Both the position numbers and the translations under genes were made by a program. This document shows, in pieces, positions 1-8,160 of a stretch of 64,000 nt of DNA (position 1 is the first letter of the stretch; every line of letters begins with the position of its first letter). The DNA is taken from assembly GCA_031426555.1 (NCBI GenBank), contig JANPLN010000030.1, positions 13,125-77,124 of the forward strand. Direction: 5' to 3'. The DNA comes from Bdellovibrionales bacterium (lineage in GTDB: Bacteria; Bdellovibrionota; Bdellovibrionia; Bdellovibrionales; JAGQZY01). Under the pieces are notes generated by a model. It had not been told where the DNA came from. It did not search any database and saw only the letters and a program-made list of their open reading frames with translations.

Positions 1-2
1 AG

Positions 3-95
3 TACCAAAAGGCGTCAGCGCAAAGTCCTTTCACTTTGGTGGCCGTGATTCGCGACGAGCGCGGTGGCATCGAGTTTTTGCAATTTAGCCAGTAA
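3..95 (+). CDS. C-terminal fragment of an unidentified CDS entering from upstream of the window
   Basis: Frame 3 is open from the window edge to TAA at 93-95 (...FTLVAVIRDERGGIEFLQFSQ*). It is convergent with the next gene. Too short to name. Confidence 0.25.
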   Translation, partial: YQKASAQSPFTLVAVIRDERGGIEFLQFSQ

Positions 96-97
96 AA

Positions 98-604
98 CTA
101 TCTTTCGCCAACGGTTATTTTTTCGATCACACCTTCGGCGGTGATGTAAACATTGGTGGGCAGGTAATCCACTTCGAGCTCTGTCACGAGGGTTTTTCCG
201 CGATCGTGGTAAAATGCCTGACCCGGCAAATACTTTTCAAGCACGGCCTGTGCCTCGGCGTGGGAGGTTGCGGGATCCGTGTTGACAGGAATCAGTCGGC
301 GACTCCCAAGAGCGCCCTCTAGACCAACATCCGGTAAATTTTTAAGCTTTTCCAAACACGGAGCGCAGGTCACGGACCATAGAATAAGGACAGAAGGGGC
401 GGGCTGTGCGGCGATTTCGGCCATGCCCAAAAGCTCTGAGAGCTTTGCGGGGTCTATTTTCTGGCCGATATGGTCTTTTGAGTTTTGTATCAAATAATCC
501 GATAAGTAGTTTTGTGAATACGCAACCAAGGCGATCATTAATGCGAGACCCACAAGCAATGAAAACGGTAAAAGCAGCCACTTTGAGGTTTTTAAATCGT
601 TCAT
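98..604 (-). CDS. TlpA/ResA-like periplasmic thiol:disulfide oxidoreductase (thioredoxin fold)
   Basis: 168-aa ORF with an N-terminal membrane anchor (WLLLPFSLLVGLALMIALVAY). CxxC motif in LILWSVTCAPCLEKL is typical of the TlpA/DsbE family. Confidence 0.7.
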   Translation of the reverse strand: MNDLKTSKWLLLPFSLLVGLALMIALVAYSQNYLSDYLIQNSKDHIGQKIDPAKLSELLGMAEIAAQPAPSVLILWSVTCAPCLEKLKNLPDVGLEGALGSRRLIPVNTDPATSHAEAQAVLEKYLPGQAFYHDRGKTLVTELEVDYLPTNVYITAEGVIEKITVGER

Positions 605-615
605 GGTTGAGATCT

Positions 616-831
616 ATGCGAGCCCTTCCCGCTCGTCAATCCCCAAGATCAAAACTTCGTCATGATTCGGGGCAAATTGTTTTAGAGTACATCTTATTGC
701 TCGTGATCAGTGTAAGCGTAGCTACGTATTTAACCAAAAAACTCGTTGGCAAAGATCCCGAAGACGCCGGCATTGTAACCAGCGCCTGGGGGCAGATCAA
801 TTCGGCCATCGGCGCAGACATTATTGAATAA
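616..831 (+). CDS. Putative Flp-family (type IVb) prepilin, 71 aa
   Basis: Internal ATG at 616 of ORF 406..831; the upstream part overlaps the TlpA-like gene. Basic leader followed by the Flp motif G/xxxxEY (RHDSG-QIVLEYILLLVISVSVA) and a hydrophobic helix. Size fits Flp pilins. Confidence 0.45.
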   Translation: MRALPARQSPRSKLRHDSGQIVLEYILLLVISVSVATYLTKKLVGKDPEDAGIVTSAWGQINSAIGADIIE

Positions 832-859
832 ACGCAGACATCATTGAATTGTAACCCGA

Positions 860-1630
860 CTATAAATAAATAAAGCGGCGATTCTTAAGTTCGTTTTTAA
901 GCTCGATTTGCATGTAATCTTGAATATCTTCTGTGGTGCGACGGATGTAGTCTTCATCATCCATGGCTTCGGGGCCTCGATCCAATACAATGGCTGGCAG
1001 AATTTTTATTTTCCAGCGGGCGGGCAGAGGAATAATATTCAACGGCAAAGGAATTACCAAGCCGCGGAGATATTTTGTAAATTTCAGTTGCGCTAAATTA
1101 ATATGAGTCTCTTCGGCCCCGATGATCAGTGTTGGTACGATGGGGGAGTTGGTTTCCAGCGCCATCCGCACAAAGCCTTTTTTAAAGGTCTGTAACTGAT
1201 ACCGACGCGTCGTGGGTTTAAAGTTTCCGTACTCTCCTTCGGGAAAAAGAATGAGCAGCTGCTTTTTTTTCAAAACGGCAATACCATTTTTTTTTGTGGC
1301 TTCGATGAAACCCATTTTTTGTGCCGGGATGGCCGTGGTTTGATTTAAAAACCAAAAATGATGGGTTAAAACTCGAGGAACTCGATGCACAGCTTGATCG
1401 ACATGATGGCAAAGCAAAAATGCATCGAAACCGGAGTAGCCAGAATGATTGGGGCTGATGATGGCGGCCCCTTTGCGCGGAATATTTTCCAAGCCTTCCA
1501 CTTCGACTCGAAGATACTTGGTCATGATTTCACCTAAAAAGTGGGGGAATACGCGATACACAAGCTCCTCAGAAGTGAGATCCTTGAGACTTTTTGTTTT
1601 TTCGCTGACTTTTTTAAAAAACCATTTCAT
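860..1630 (-). CDS. Lysophospholipid (1-acyl-sn-glycerol-3-phosphate) acyltransferase family protein
   Basis: 256 aa. Has an NHSGYSGFD (HX-D type) acyltransferase block and an FPEGEYG block characteristic of the PlsC family. Confidence 0.65.
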   Translation of the reverse strand: MKWFFKKVSEKTKSLKDLTSEELVYRVFPHFLGEIMTKYLRVEVEGLENIPRKGAAIISPNHSGYSGFDAFLLCHHVDQAVHRVPRVLTHHFWFLNQTTAIPAQKMGFIEATKKNGIAVLKKKQLLILFPEGEYGNFKPTTRRYQLQTFKKGFVRMALETNSPIVPTLIIGAEETHINLAQLKFTKYLRGLVIPLPLNIIPLPARWKIKILPAIVLDRGPEAMDDEDYIRRTTEDIQDYMQIELKNELKNRRFIYL

Positions 1631-1663
1631 TTTACTAAAGAGATATCACAGTTTGGGGAGTTT

Positions 1664-3136
1664 ATGAAGTCACAATATATTTTAGCCATCGATCAGGGAA
1701 CTACCGGAAGCACCGTCTCTCTTTACAATGAGCGCGGGCACGTGGTGAAGCGAGCCGATAAGGACTTTGAGCAGATATTCCCCAAGCCAGGATGGGTGGA
1801 ACATCGCACGTCGGACATTTGGGAAACTGTGCTTTATGGAATTAGCGAAGTGGTCAGCAAAATAGATGCTCGCCAAATTGCCGCCATCGGCATCACCAAC
1901 CAGCGCGAAACCGTGGCCGCTTGGAATCGCACCACCGGCGAACCAGTGATGAATGCCATCGTTTGGCAATGTCGTCGAACCACGGAAGAATGCCGAAAAC
2001 TCAAACCCAAAGAAAAATTTGTGCGCGCGAAAACCGGGCTATTGATGGATCCCTATTTTTCGGCCAGCAAAATGGCTTGGATTTTAAAAAATAACGAAAA
2101 AGCAAAAAAACTAGCCGCCAACAACCAACTGTGTTTTGGCACCATGGATACGTTTTTGATCTGGCAACTCACAAAAGGTCAATCCTACAAAACGGATCCC
2201 TCCAATGCTTCGCGCACCATGCTGTTTCACCTCAAAAAGCAAATTTTTGATAAAGAATTATTAAAGCTTTTTAAAATTTCGCAAGACGCGCTTCCCGAGG
2301 TCGAGTTTAACAATGGCCACTTTGGAATCACGAAAGGTGTTCCCGGTCTTCCTGATGGAATCCCGATCCACGGGGTGATCGGTGATCAACAGTCAGCGCT
2401 GTTTGGCCAGGGTGGGATTCACAAAGGCGATGCAAAGATCACCTTTGGTACTGGAAGTTTTTTGTTGTTCAATACTGGAAACCAAATTGTCCCTTCCAAA
2501 AAGGGACTACTCTCAACAGTGGCCTGGGTATGGAAAGGCCACAAACCAATATATGCTCTTGAAGGCGGCGCTTTTATTTGCGGCGCAGCGGTGCAGTGGT
2601 TGCGCGATGGAATGGGGTTTATCGAAAAAAGCTCCGAAGTGGAACGCCTGGCGCGCTCTGTAGAATCCTCGGAGGGTGTGGAATTTGTTCCGGCCCTTTC
2701 GGGTCTCGGTGCCCCGTACTGGCAGCCACAAGCGCGGGGAATTATTAAAGGTCTTTCGCGCGGGACGACACGGGCCCATATCGCGCGGGCCACGCTTGAA
2801 GCCATGGCGCTGCAAAACTTAGATATTCTCGATGTGATGAAGAGCGAAGCCAAATTAAAACTCACACGAGTTCGAGTGGACGGCGGAGCTACGGAAAATG
2901 ATCTGTTGATGCAGTTGCAGTCCGATTATTTAGGTATCGATGTGGAGGTTCCACAAAATATCGAAACCACAAGCACAGGCGCTGCATTGATGGCGGGTCT
3001 GGGCGTGGGACTCTGGAGCGTTTCAGATTTACACAAAGTGAACCCCATTGCCAAAAAATTTCAGTCTCAAATTGAGAGACGCCAGCGAATAGAGCGGGTC
3101 AAAAAATGGCGCGAGGCTGTTCGGTTGAGCTACTAG
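1664..3136 (+). CDS. glpK: Glycerol kinase
   Basis: Start at ATG 1664 gives MKSQYILAIDQGTTGSTV...FPKPGWVEH...ITNQRET...GDQQSALFGQ, the canonical FGGY/GlpK signature. The upstream part of ORF 1541.. is antisense to the previous gene. Confidence 0.92.
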   Translation: MKSQYILAIDQGTTGSTVSLYNERGHVVKRADKDFEQIFPKPGWVEHRTSDIWETVLYGISEVVSKIDARQIAAIGITNQRETVAAWNRTTGEPVMNAIVWQCRRTTEECRKLKPKEKFVRAKTGLLMDPYFSASKMAWILKNNEKAKKLAANNQLCFGTMDTFLIWQLTKGQSYKTDPSNASRTMLFHLKKQIFDKELLKLFKISQDALPEVEFNNGHFGITKGVPGLPDGIPIHGVIGDQQSALFGQGGIHKGDAKITFGTGSFLLFNTGNQIVPSKKGLLSTVAWVWKGHKPIYALEGGAFICGAAVQWLRDGMGFIEKSSEVERLARSVESSEGVEFVPALSGLGAPYWQPQARGIIKGLSRGTTRAHIARATLEAMALQNLDILDVMKSEAKLKLTRVRVDGGATENDLLMQLQSDYLGIDVEVPQNIETTSTGAALMAGLGVGLWSVSDLHKVNPIAKKFQSQIERRQRIERVKKWREAVRLSY

Positions 3137-3174
3137 TATGCAAGCATAAACCCAGACTTTAGAACTCAAAAAAA

Positions 3175-3221
3175 CCTCCGATAAGCTTTGGGGCTGCAAT
3201 CGCCGCAGCCATCGTCGGAGG
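3175..3221. terminator. Two-tier hairpin between glpK and the lipoprotein gene; the 3' arm contains the downstream SD
   Basis: Outer stem CCTCCGA (3175-3181) pairs with TCGGAGG (3215-3221). Inner stem GGCTGC (3192-3197) pairs with GCAGCC (3205-3210). An A7 run precedes it, which is a T-run on the minus strand. The GGAGG in the 3' arm lies 5 nt before ATG 3226. Confidence 0.3.
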
Positions 3222-3225
3222 ATGC

Positions 3226-3879
3226 ATGAAATTAGTGGGTGTTTTTATTGTGGCCGCGTTTTTAACTGGATGCGGCTCCATCAGTTCGCAAACCCACTCC
3301 ACTCGTTCGCAACAATACCAAGTGAGTGTGATTGCAAACTCGCAGCAGCGATCCGTGGCCACGCAATCCCTGGGTAAAACAATTGTCGTCAAGAAGTGCC
3401 AAGTCAATAAAACCAACTGCGAAGCCGGCACTAAAAAACTTGAGTACGATCAATTTTCGAAAAATTTAAAAAACAAAGTAATGATTCACTCAGTAATCTC
3501 CCAGCAAATCTCACTTTTAGAACAGCAGGCGGCTTCCTTGCGCCTCGATCGTGATGTGCTCAAACAAGAAGTTGAAGAATTTGACCGCAACCTTAAAATG
3601 AATCGCATGTCGTCCCTGCGCGACGTCACTCATAACATTGAGCGCCTGCGGGTGTCTGTATCCATGGAAATTGTGGAGCTTAAACAAAAGCTTTCGTTAA
3701 CAGAAAAAGATTTGCAAGTTTTAAAAGAAAATTCACAACAGCCCAATGTCGCAATCAATGCCGACATCTCGCGAATTCTCGCCACTCTCGAAGTTCAAGA
3801 CGGATTCGGTCAATCTTTGCACTACAAAGATAACCTTATCGCGCAAGCCATCGACCAAGTCATTGCCGAAATGATTTAA
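3226..3879 (+). CDS. Hypothetical coiled-coil lipoprotein
   Basis: Signal peptide with lipobox MKLVGVFIVAAFLTGC. The rest is heptad-like and Q/L/E-rich. Confidence 0.55.
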   Translation: MKLVGVFIVAAFLTGCGSISSQTHSTRSQQYQVSVIANSQQRSVATQSLGKTIVVKKCQVNKTNCEAGTKKLEYDQFSKNLKNKVMIHSVISQQISLLEQQAASLRLDRDVLKQEVEEFDRNLKMNRMSSLRDVTHNIERLRVSVSMEIVELKQKLSLTEKDLQVLKENSQQPNVAINADISRILATLEVQDGFGQSLHYKDNLIAQAIDQVIAEMI

Positions 3880-3884
3880 TTTTT

Positions 3885-6023
3885 TTAATTCTGAGCTGGG
3901 CTCTCGTCTGTAAACTCGGGGTAAAATCTTTTCGCTTTAAGTAAACTACCCGTGGCAGTCTCTACAGAACCGTATTTTTTTTGAACGCGAATAAGCTCCC
4001 GCCAAATTACGGGCTGAAATGGGTTGAGGCGCAGGGCTTCGGTGTAGCAGTTTTGGATGTGTTCAAAGTTTTTGGCTAAATCGAGAGCCGTTAGAATCTC
4101 GGCTTTTAAAAGGTAGTAGCCAAAAGTTGTAGAATTGATTTTGAGAGCTATATCAATCCATGCTTGCGCAGAGGAAAGATCATTTAATAGATAGGAGGCC
4201 GCCGCTCGATTGTAGGCCGCACTTTGATCGCTGAGTTCTAAAAATACATGTTCGCACACGCTAACGGCTTTACGAGCCCACACCTGTCTGTTTGCATCGT
4301 TGTAGGGGAGTCCTCGTGCACTGTAAGTGAGGATAGAGCAGTACAAATTATTGAGTTTTAAATCCATTTTGTCCTCGATGCTCGCCATCAAGGTTAGGAC
4401 AGAGCTCTCTTGTCTAAATAAAGTTGACGCCACCAGGATTTGATAGATTTTTTTTATTTTTTCGATTTGTGAAAACCACGACGACGATCCTTGCCACTCG
4501 TTCACTTCTTTTTGTAAAAACGCTTTAAATGAATCAAAATTTAAATAAGGAATATCTGATCGATGGCTTTTATGGAAAAAGAAAATCATAAAATGATCTG
4601 CATAGACCGGACGCCAGTTTGGTGAACTGAGAAAGTACCTGATCGCCCCGTGATAGTTGGCCAGCGTATGATTGATGGCGACCACCGGCAGTTGATGACG
4701 GACGGTTTCCTGCTCGATCTGCACTGGGTTTAAAAATAACTGAAACATTTTTTGGAAGTGATCGCGAGGGACTACTTCGGCGTAGCGGGTGTCGATGTAG
4801 GATTCAAACCCTGGCTGACGCCACAGCATGTAGTTGCTGAACTCCGGAGTGGCAAAGATTTTGCTTTTTGTTGTGTTTTCTAAAAAATCAGCGGCCGCCG
4901 TTAAATTTTCATTTTCTGACACCTTCCAACCAAAATGAAAGTTCTCGCGCAGGCCTTCGATGTTTCCGGTCACGACAAGTGTGCACAGTAATAGCGTCAC
5001 AACAGCGACGACAGCGGTTTTGTAAGACACATATTTTTTGAATCTATCAGCCGAGAAGTGCGTCCAAAGATTTTCAAAACCAACAAGGATAAACGGAGCC
5101 GTCAGCAAAACGGAGGGAGACAAATTGCGAACCATCGTGGTGGAAAAATACACCGCAAAGCCGAGCCATAAAACATACACCCAGCCCAAAACACGAAAAC
5201 CTGGGCGAAGGGAAAATAGCAAAAGAAAAATCCAACCGCCCCACATGCCGTACCAGGCCCACGAAACCCCGGGATCAGTAAAAGACATTCCCTCTTGAAT
5301 CAGTCGGTAAACAGGATCGGCACTCACTTTTCGCAGGTAAAACGGATAGGTGGCTCCGTCCCAGCCATAGGGATTGAGCAATGTGGCAAAGATGCTAGCT
5401 ATAAAGGGAAAGAAGACCTTCCGCGGATGGCGCAAAAATACAAAGCCAAAAAGAATCAATCCTAGAATAAACATGCCATGACTGTTGGTCCACAACAGCA
5501 AGACGGGAGGCAATAGCCACAAGCTCTTTACTCTTTCTGGTTTTAAACAAAAACGAAGTAAAATTAATATTTCAAAAGTCAAAAAGAGATGCGTCCAAAC
5601 CTCGGGCCGAGGAACCCAGCGCCGTTCGATCCATAAAAATAAAACGCAATAAAGAACCCAAGTGAGTAGTGCAGGACGGCGCGAGCTCATGGCACGGTAG
5701 GAAAACCAGCCAAAAATACTGGAGACCATGTAAAGTAGCGCACAAACTGCAAGTACGCCAAAATAATCAAGCACTTCCATGCTTAAGTAGCTTGTGATTT
5801 GAAAAATCCATGTCAAATTAATCCAGCGGGCTCCTGAATAGATAAATGAAAAGCTATCTTGGGTGGGAAACTGCAGGTTTTCTAAAATCCAGCGACCGGT
5901 GGCCATGTGCCAATAGAGGTCGGTGTCCATGTCTCCCTTGATACAAAGAAGAATGGTGAATAAGGAAAAACCAAAAAGCATTACCGCTTCAGTTTTTTTC
6001 TCAAAGTTTTTCAAAGACCACAC
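3885..6023 (-). CDS. Polytopic membrane protein with C-terminal TPR domain (putative GT-C type glycosyltransferase)
   Basis: 712 aa with about 12 predicted hydrophobic helices in the N-terminal 400 aa. An acidic first loop (GDMDTDLYWH) resembles ArnT/PMT-type GT-C enzymes. The C-terminal region has TPR-like repeats (AAYNRAAASYLLNDLSSAQAWIDIALKIN...). Its start overlaps the upstream methyltransferase stop, suggesting an operon. Confidence 0.4.
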   Translation of the reverse strand: MWSLKNFEKKTEAVMLFGFSLFTILLCIKGDMDTDLYWHMATGRWILENLQFPTQDSFSFIYSGARWINLTWIFQITSYLSMEVLDYFGVLAVCALLYMVSSIFGWFSYRAMSSRRPALLTWVLYCVLFLWIERRWVPRPEVWTHLFLTFEILILLRFCLKPERVKSLWLLPPVLLLWTNSHGMFILGLILFGFVFLRHPRKVFFPFIASIFATLLNPYGWDGATYPFYLRKVSADPVYRLIQEGMSFTDPGVSWAWYGMWGGWIFLLLFSLRPGFRVLGWVYVLWLGFAVYFSTTMVRNLSPSVLLTAPFILVGFENLWTHFSADRFKKYVSYKTAVVAVVTLLLCTLVVTGNIEGLRENFHFGWKVSENENLTAAADFLENTTKSKIFATPEFSNYMLWRQPGFESYIDTRYAEVVPRDHFQKMFQLFLNPVQIEQETVRHQLPVVAINHTLANYHGAIRYFLSSPNWRPVYADHFMIFFFHKSHRSDIPYLNFDSFKAFLQKEVNEWQGSSSWFSQIEKIKKIYQILVASTLFRQESSVLTLMASIEDKMDLKLNNLYCSILTYSARGLPYNDANRQVWARKAVSVCEHVFLELSDQSAAYNRAAASYLLNDLSSAQAWIDIALKINSTTFGYYLLKAEILTALDLAKNFEHIQNCYTEALRLNPFQPVIWRELIRVQKKYGSVETATGSLLKAKRFYPEFTDESPAQN

Positions 6024-6795
6024 CCATTTCTCCTAGGCGCACCCAAACTGAAATATTTTGGGCAATGGGTTGCAGCCATTGAGCGAAGCGAATGAAGCCC
6101 GCATGTCGCAAAATCATATCTAAAGAAACTTTTTTGTGCGGACTCCACGTGTTCACACAGCGCCAGCCGTGCCGCTCCCAAAGGAGCACAAGGCCTTTAC
6201 GAGAGTAAAACACCCAGTGGTCGGGAACATTATGCGGCCAAAGAGAACCCATACAATAACGACTTATCGAGTCCGCTCGGGGCAAAACCACCAGAGCCCG
6301 TGTCCCTTTTCGCACGACTCTGTCGAGGTCTTCGAGATGTTCCTGGGGCGCTAATAGATGTTCAAACGAGTCCAAATAAAATAAAACATCAAACAGGTTC
6401 GAAAACCGAGCAATATCGGTGGCAAGACGCTGTTTGCTAAAGTTCCGCTCGGCGAGTCTTTCTACAGCGGAGCCATGGGCCTCAAGGCCGAAAACCCGAT
6501 CGTGCTGTTTTGCTAAATGCTCAAGCACAGCACCTCCGCCAAACCCGATCTCCAAGATCACTTCTTTTTTTCCGAGGGAAAGCTGACTGTCTTTTAAAAA
6601 GCGGATGAAGGTTTCGACTTTTGCTGTCTGAATGGCGCCATCGTAATGACCGCGATCCTGCTGATAGGATTCTGTATATTTGAACTCGCGACGATGGGGA
6701 ACAACCTCGGTTCCGCAGGAGAGACAGCCATAGAGGTCTAACGTTTGATTCCACTGATCTGATTGACAGGCGGGGCATAACATTTTGTTAGCCAT
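6001..6795 (-). CDS. Class I SAM-dependent methyltransferase with N-terminal zinc-ribbon
   Basis: CPAC...CLSCG zinc-ribbon motif, then SAM motif I (VILEIGFGGGAVLEHL). Confidence 0.7.
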   Translation of the reverse strand: MANKMLCPACQSDQWNQTLDLYGCLSCGTEVVPHRREFKYTESYQQDRGHYDGAIQTAKVETFIRFLKDSQLSLGKKEVILEIGFGGGAVLEHLAKQHDRVFGLEAHGSAVERLAERNFSKQRLATDIARFSNLFDVLFYLDSFEHLLAPQEHLEDLDRVVRKGTRALVVLPRADSISRYCMGSLWPHNVPDHWVFYSRKGLVLLWERHGWRCVNTWSPHKKVSLDMILRHAGFIRFAQWLQPIAQNISVWVRLGEMGVVFEKL

Positions 6796-7972
6796 TTTTA
6801 ATCTCGACCGAGGATTGCCCGCGGGGAGCTAAAATGGCCCAGCTTCGTTGTTGATGCGATATCTCAGGCGCAAATAGAGCCGAAATACAAAGATTTTTAC
6901 CTTGGCAGGGAGGGGTATCGGCAAAATGCACGCAAGGAGAGCAGCTTACTTTGTTGTAAAAAATTAAATCCTCGCCATTGTTTCGTGGCATCAACCGCGT
7001 GCCCGGGTCTGTGGGGCCCCAAAAACTCACGGTGTCTTTTCCAAGGAGTCGTGCCAGATGTAGCAGCCCGGAATCTATTCCTAAAAATCGCTTGCTTTGC
7101 CCAATTCGACGAATGGTTCCCGAAAGGGCATGGGCACCACATTCGTTTTGGCAAATCAACCCCAAGGTCTTTTCAATTTCTTTTTTGAGGACGTCTCCAG
7201 CTTCGAAATCATTGCGACTTCCCAGCAAAATGATTTTTGTATTTTCTGGCACTCCCACTTTCTGCAAAGCCGCTGTCCATTGTTGAGGAGTGAGCTGTCG
7301 CTCGCGGGCGTGGTCCGAGCACGCAAACGAAAGACTCCATTCCCCGTCGCCGGTGGTGATAGAATGCGATCTTCGAAACGCCAAGGATGCGTGATCAAAA
7401 TGTTTGGCAGGTACTCCCGGTAGCGAAATCAGCGAGCTGTAAAAATCGGCCGAGCACGAATACGTGTTGTAAAAAACCAAATGCGTATAGAGGTTCAGTC
7501 GCCAGTAAACAGTTTCTTTAAAAAAGCCCAAGCGGTTGCGGGCAAGCGTGAGCAGACTGAGAAGTGTCGTGCCACGACTGTGAATTTCGAGATCAATGCA
7601 CGTATCTATGCGAAACATGGTGGAGGCTAAAAATAGGAACGTGCTCCAAAGCAGCGTGAGCAAATTGCGATCGTTGATCACATAAATACGATCGAAAATC
7701 TTCAACTCACGGGCAAAGGGAACCACCGCAGGGGTGGTGACAATGATCAGTTGCCCGCCACCAGCGAGCTTTTCTTTCAAAGATACCAAGGCCGGGTAGG
7801 CGAGGAGCAAAGATCCACCACCAATCAGCTTCATGATTAAAATACGTCCGCGGGGCTGTAAGTCATGGGAGCGGCGAAGAATTTTGCCAATGAAAACCAC
7901 AAAGGGTTTCAAAAAAAAGATGGTGATGCCACCCAAAAATAGGTCGAGGCGTTTTTTTCGCTGAAGCTGCAC
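6788..7972 (-). CDS. Glycosyltransferase family 9 (LPS heptosyltransferase-like)
   Basis: C-terminal block LGIDSGLLHLARLLGKDTVSFWGPTDP is typical of GT9/RfaF-RfaC enzymes. The stop overlaps the methyltransferase start. Confidence 0.65.
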   Translation of the reverse strand: MQLQRKKRLDLFLGGITIFFLKPFVVFIGKILRRSHDLQPRGRILIMKLIGGGSLLLAYPALVSLKEKLAGGGQLIIVTTPAVVPFARELKIFDRIYVINDRNLLTLLWSTFLFLASTMFRIDTCIDLEIHSRGTTLLSLLTLARNRLGFFKETVYWRLNLYTHLVFYNTYSCSADFYSSLISLPGVPAKHFDHASLAFRRSHSITTGDGEWSLSFACSDHARERQLTPQQWTAALQKVGVPENTKIILLGSRNDFEAGDVLKKEIEKTLGLICQNECGAHALSGTIRRIGQSKRFLGIDSGLLHLARLLGKDTVSFWGPTDPGTRLMPRNNGEDLIFYNKVSCSPCVHFADTPPCQGKNLCISALFAPEISHQQRSWAILAPRGQSSVEIKNG

Positions 7973-8160
7973 TTAAAAATGGTAGCAACGACCTAAGGGG
8001 CTGTCACTCTGAATGAATCTAAGATTCGATCCAGCGGGGCCATCGCTCAACCGCGACCTTGGTCGAGAAGGGGCTGCCTTTGCCTTGGCAAACAAATCCT
8101 GTTTTAGACTTCAGTTTTTTCATATTTCCGGGTTAACATTGTTAGGGGCGCGACAGACTC

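Noticed and set aside
8023-8042. A tRNA 3'-end-like string, GATTCGATCCAGCGGGGCCA, could be a tRNA fragment or att site.
   Set aside because: I could not fold a T-arm (the flanking 5-mers are not complementary). I also found no matching 5' acceptor strand within 90 nt upstream. No integrase is nearby.
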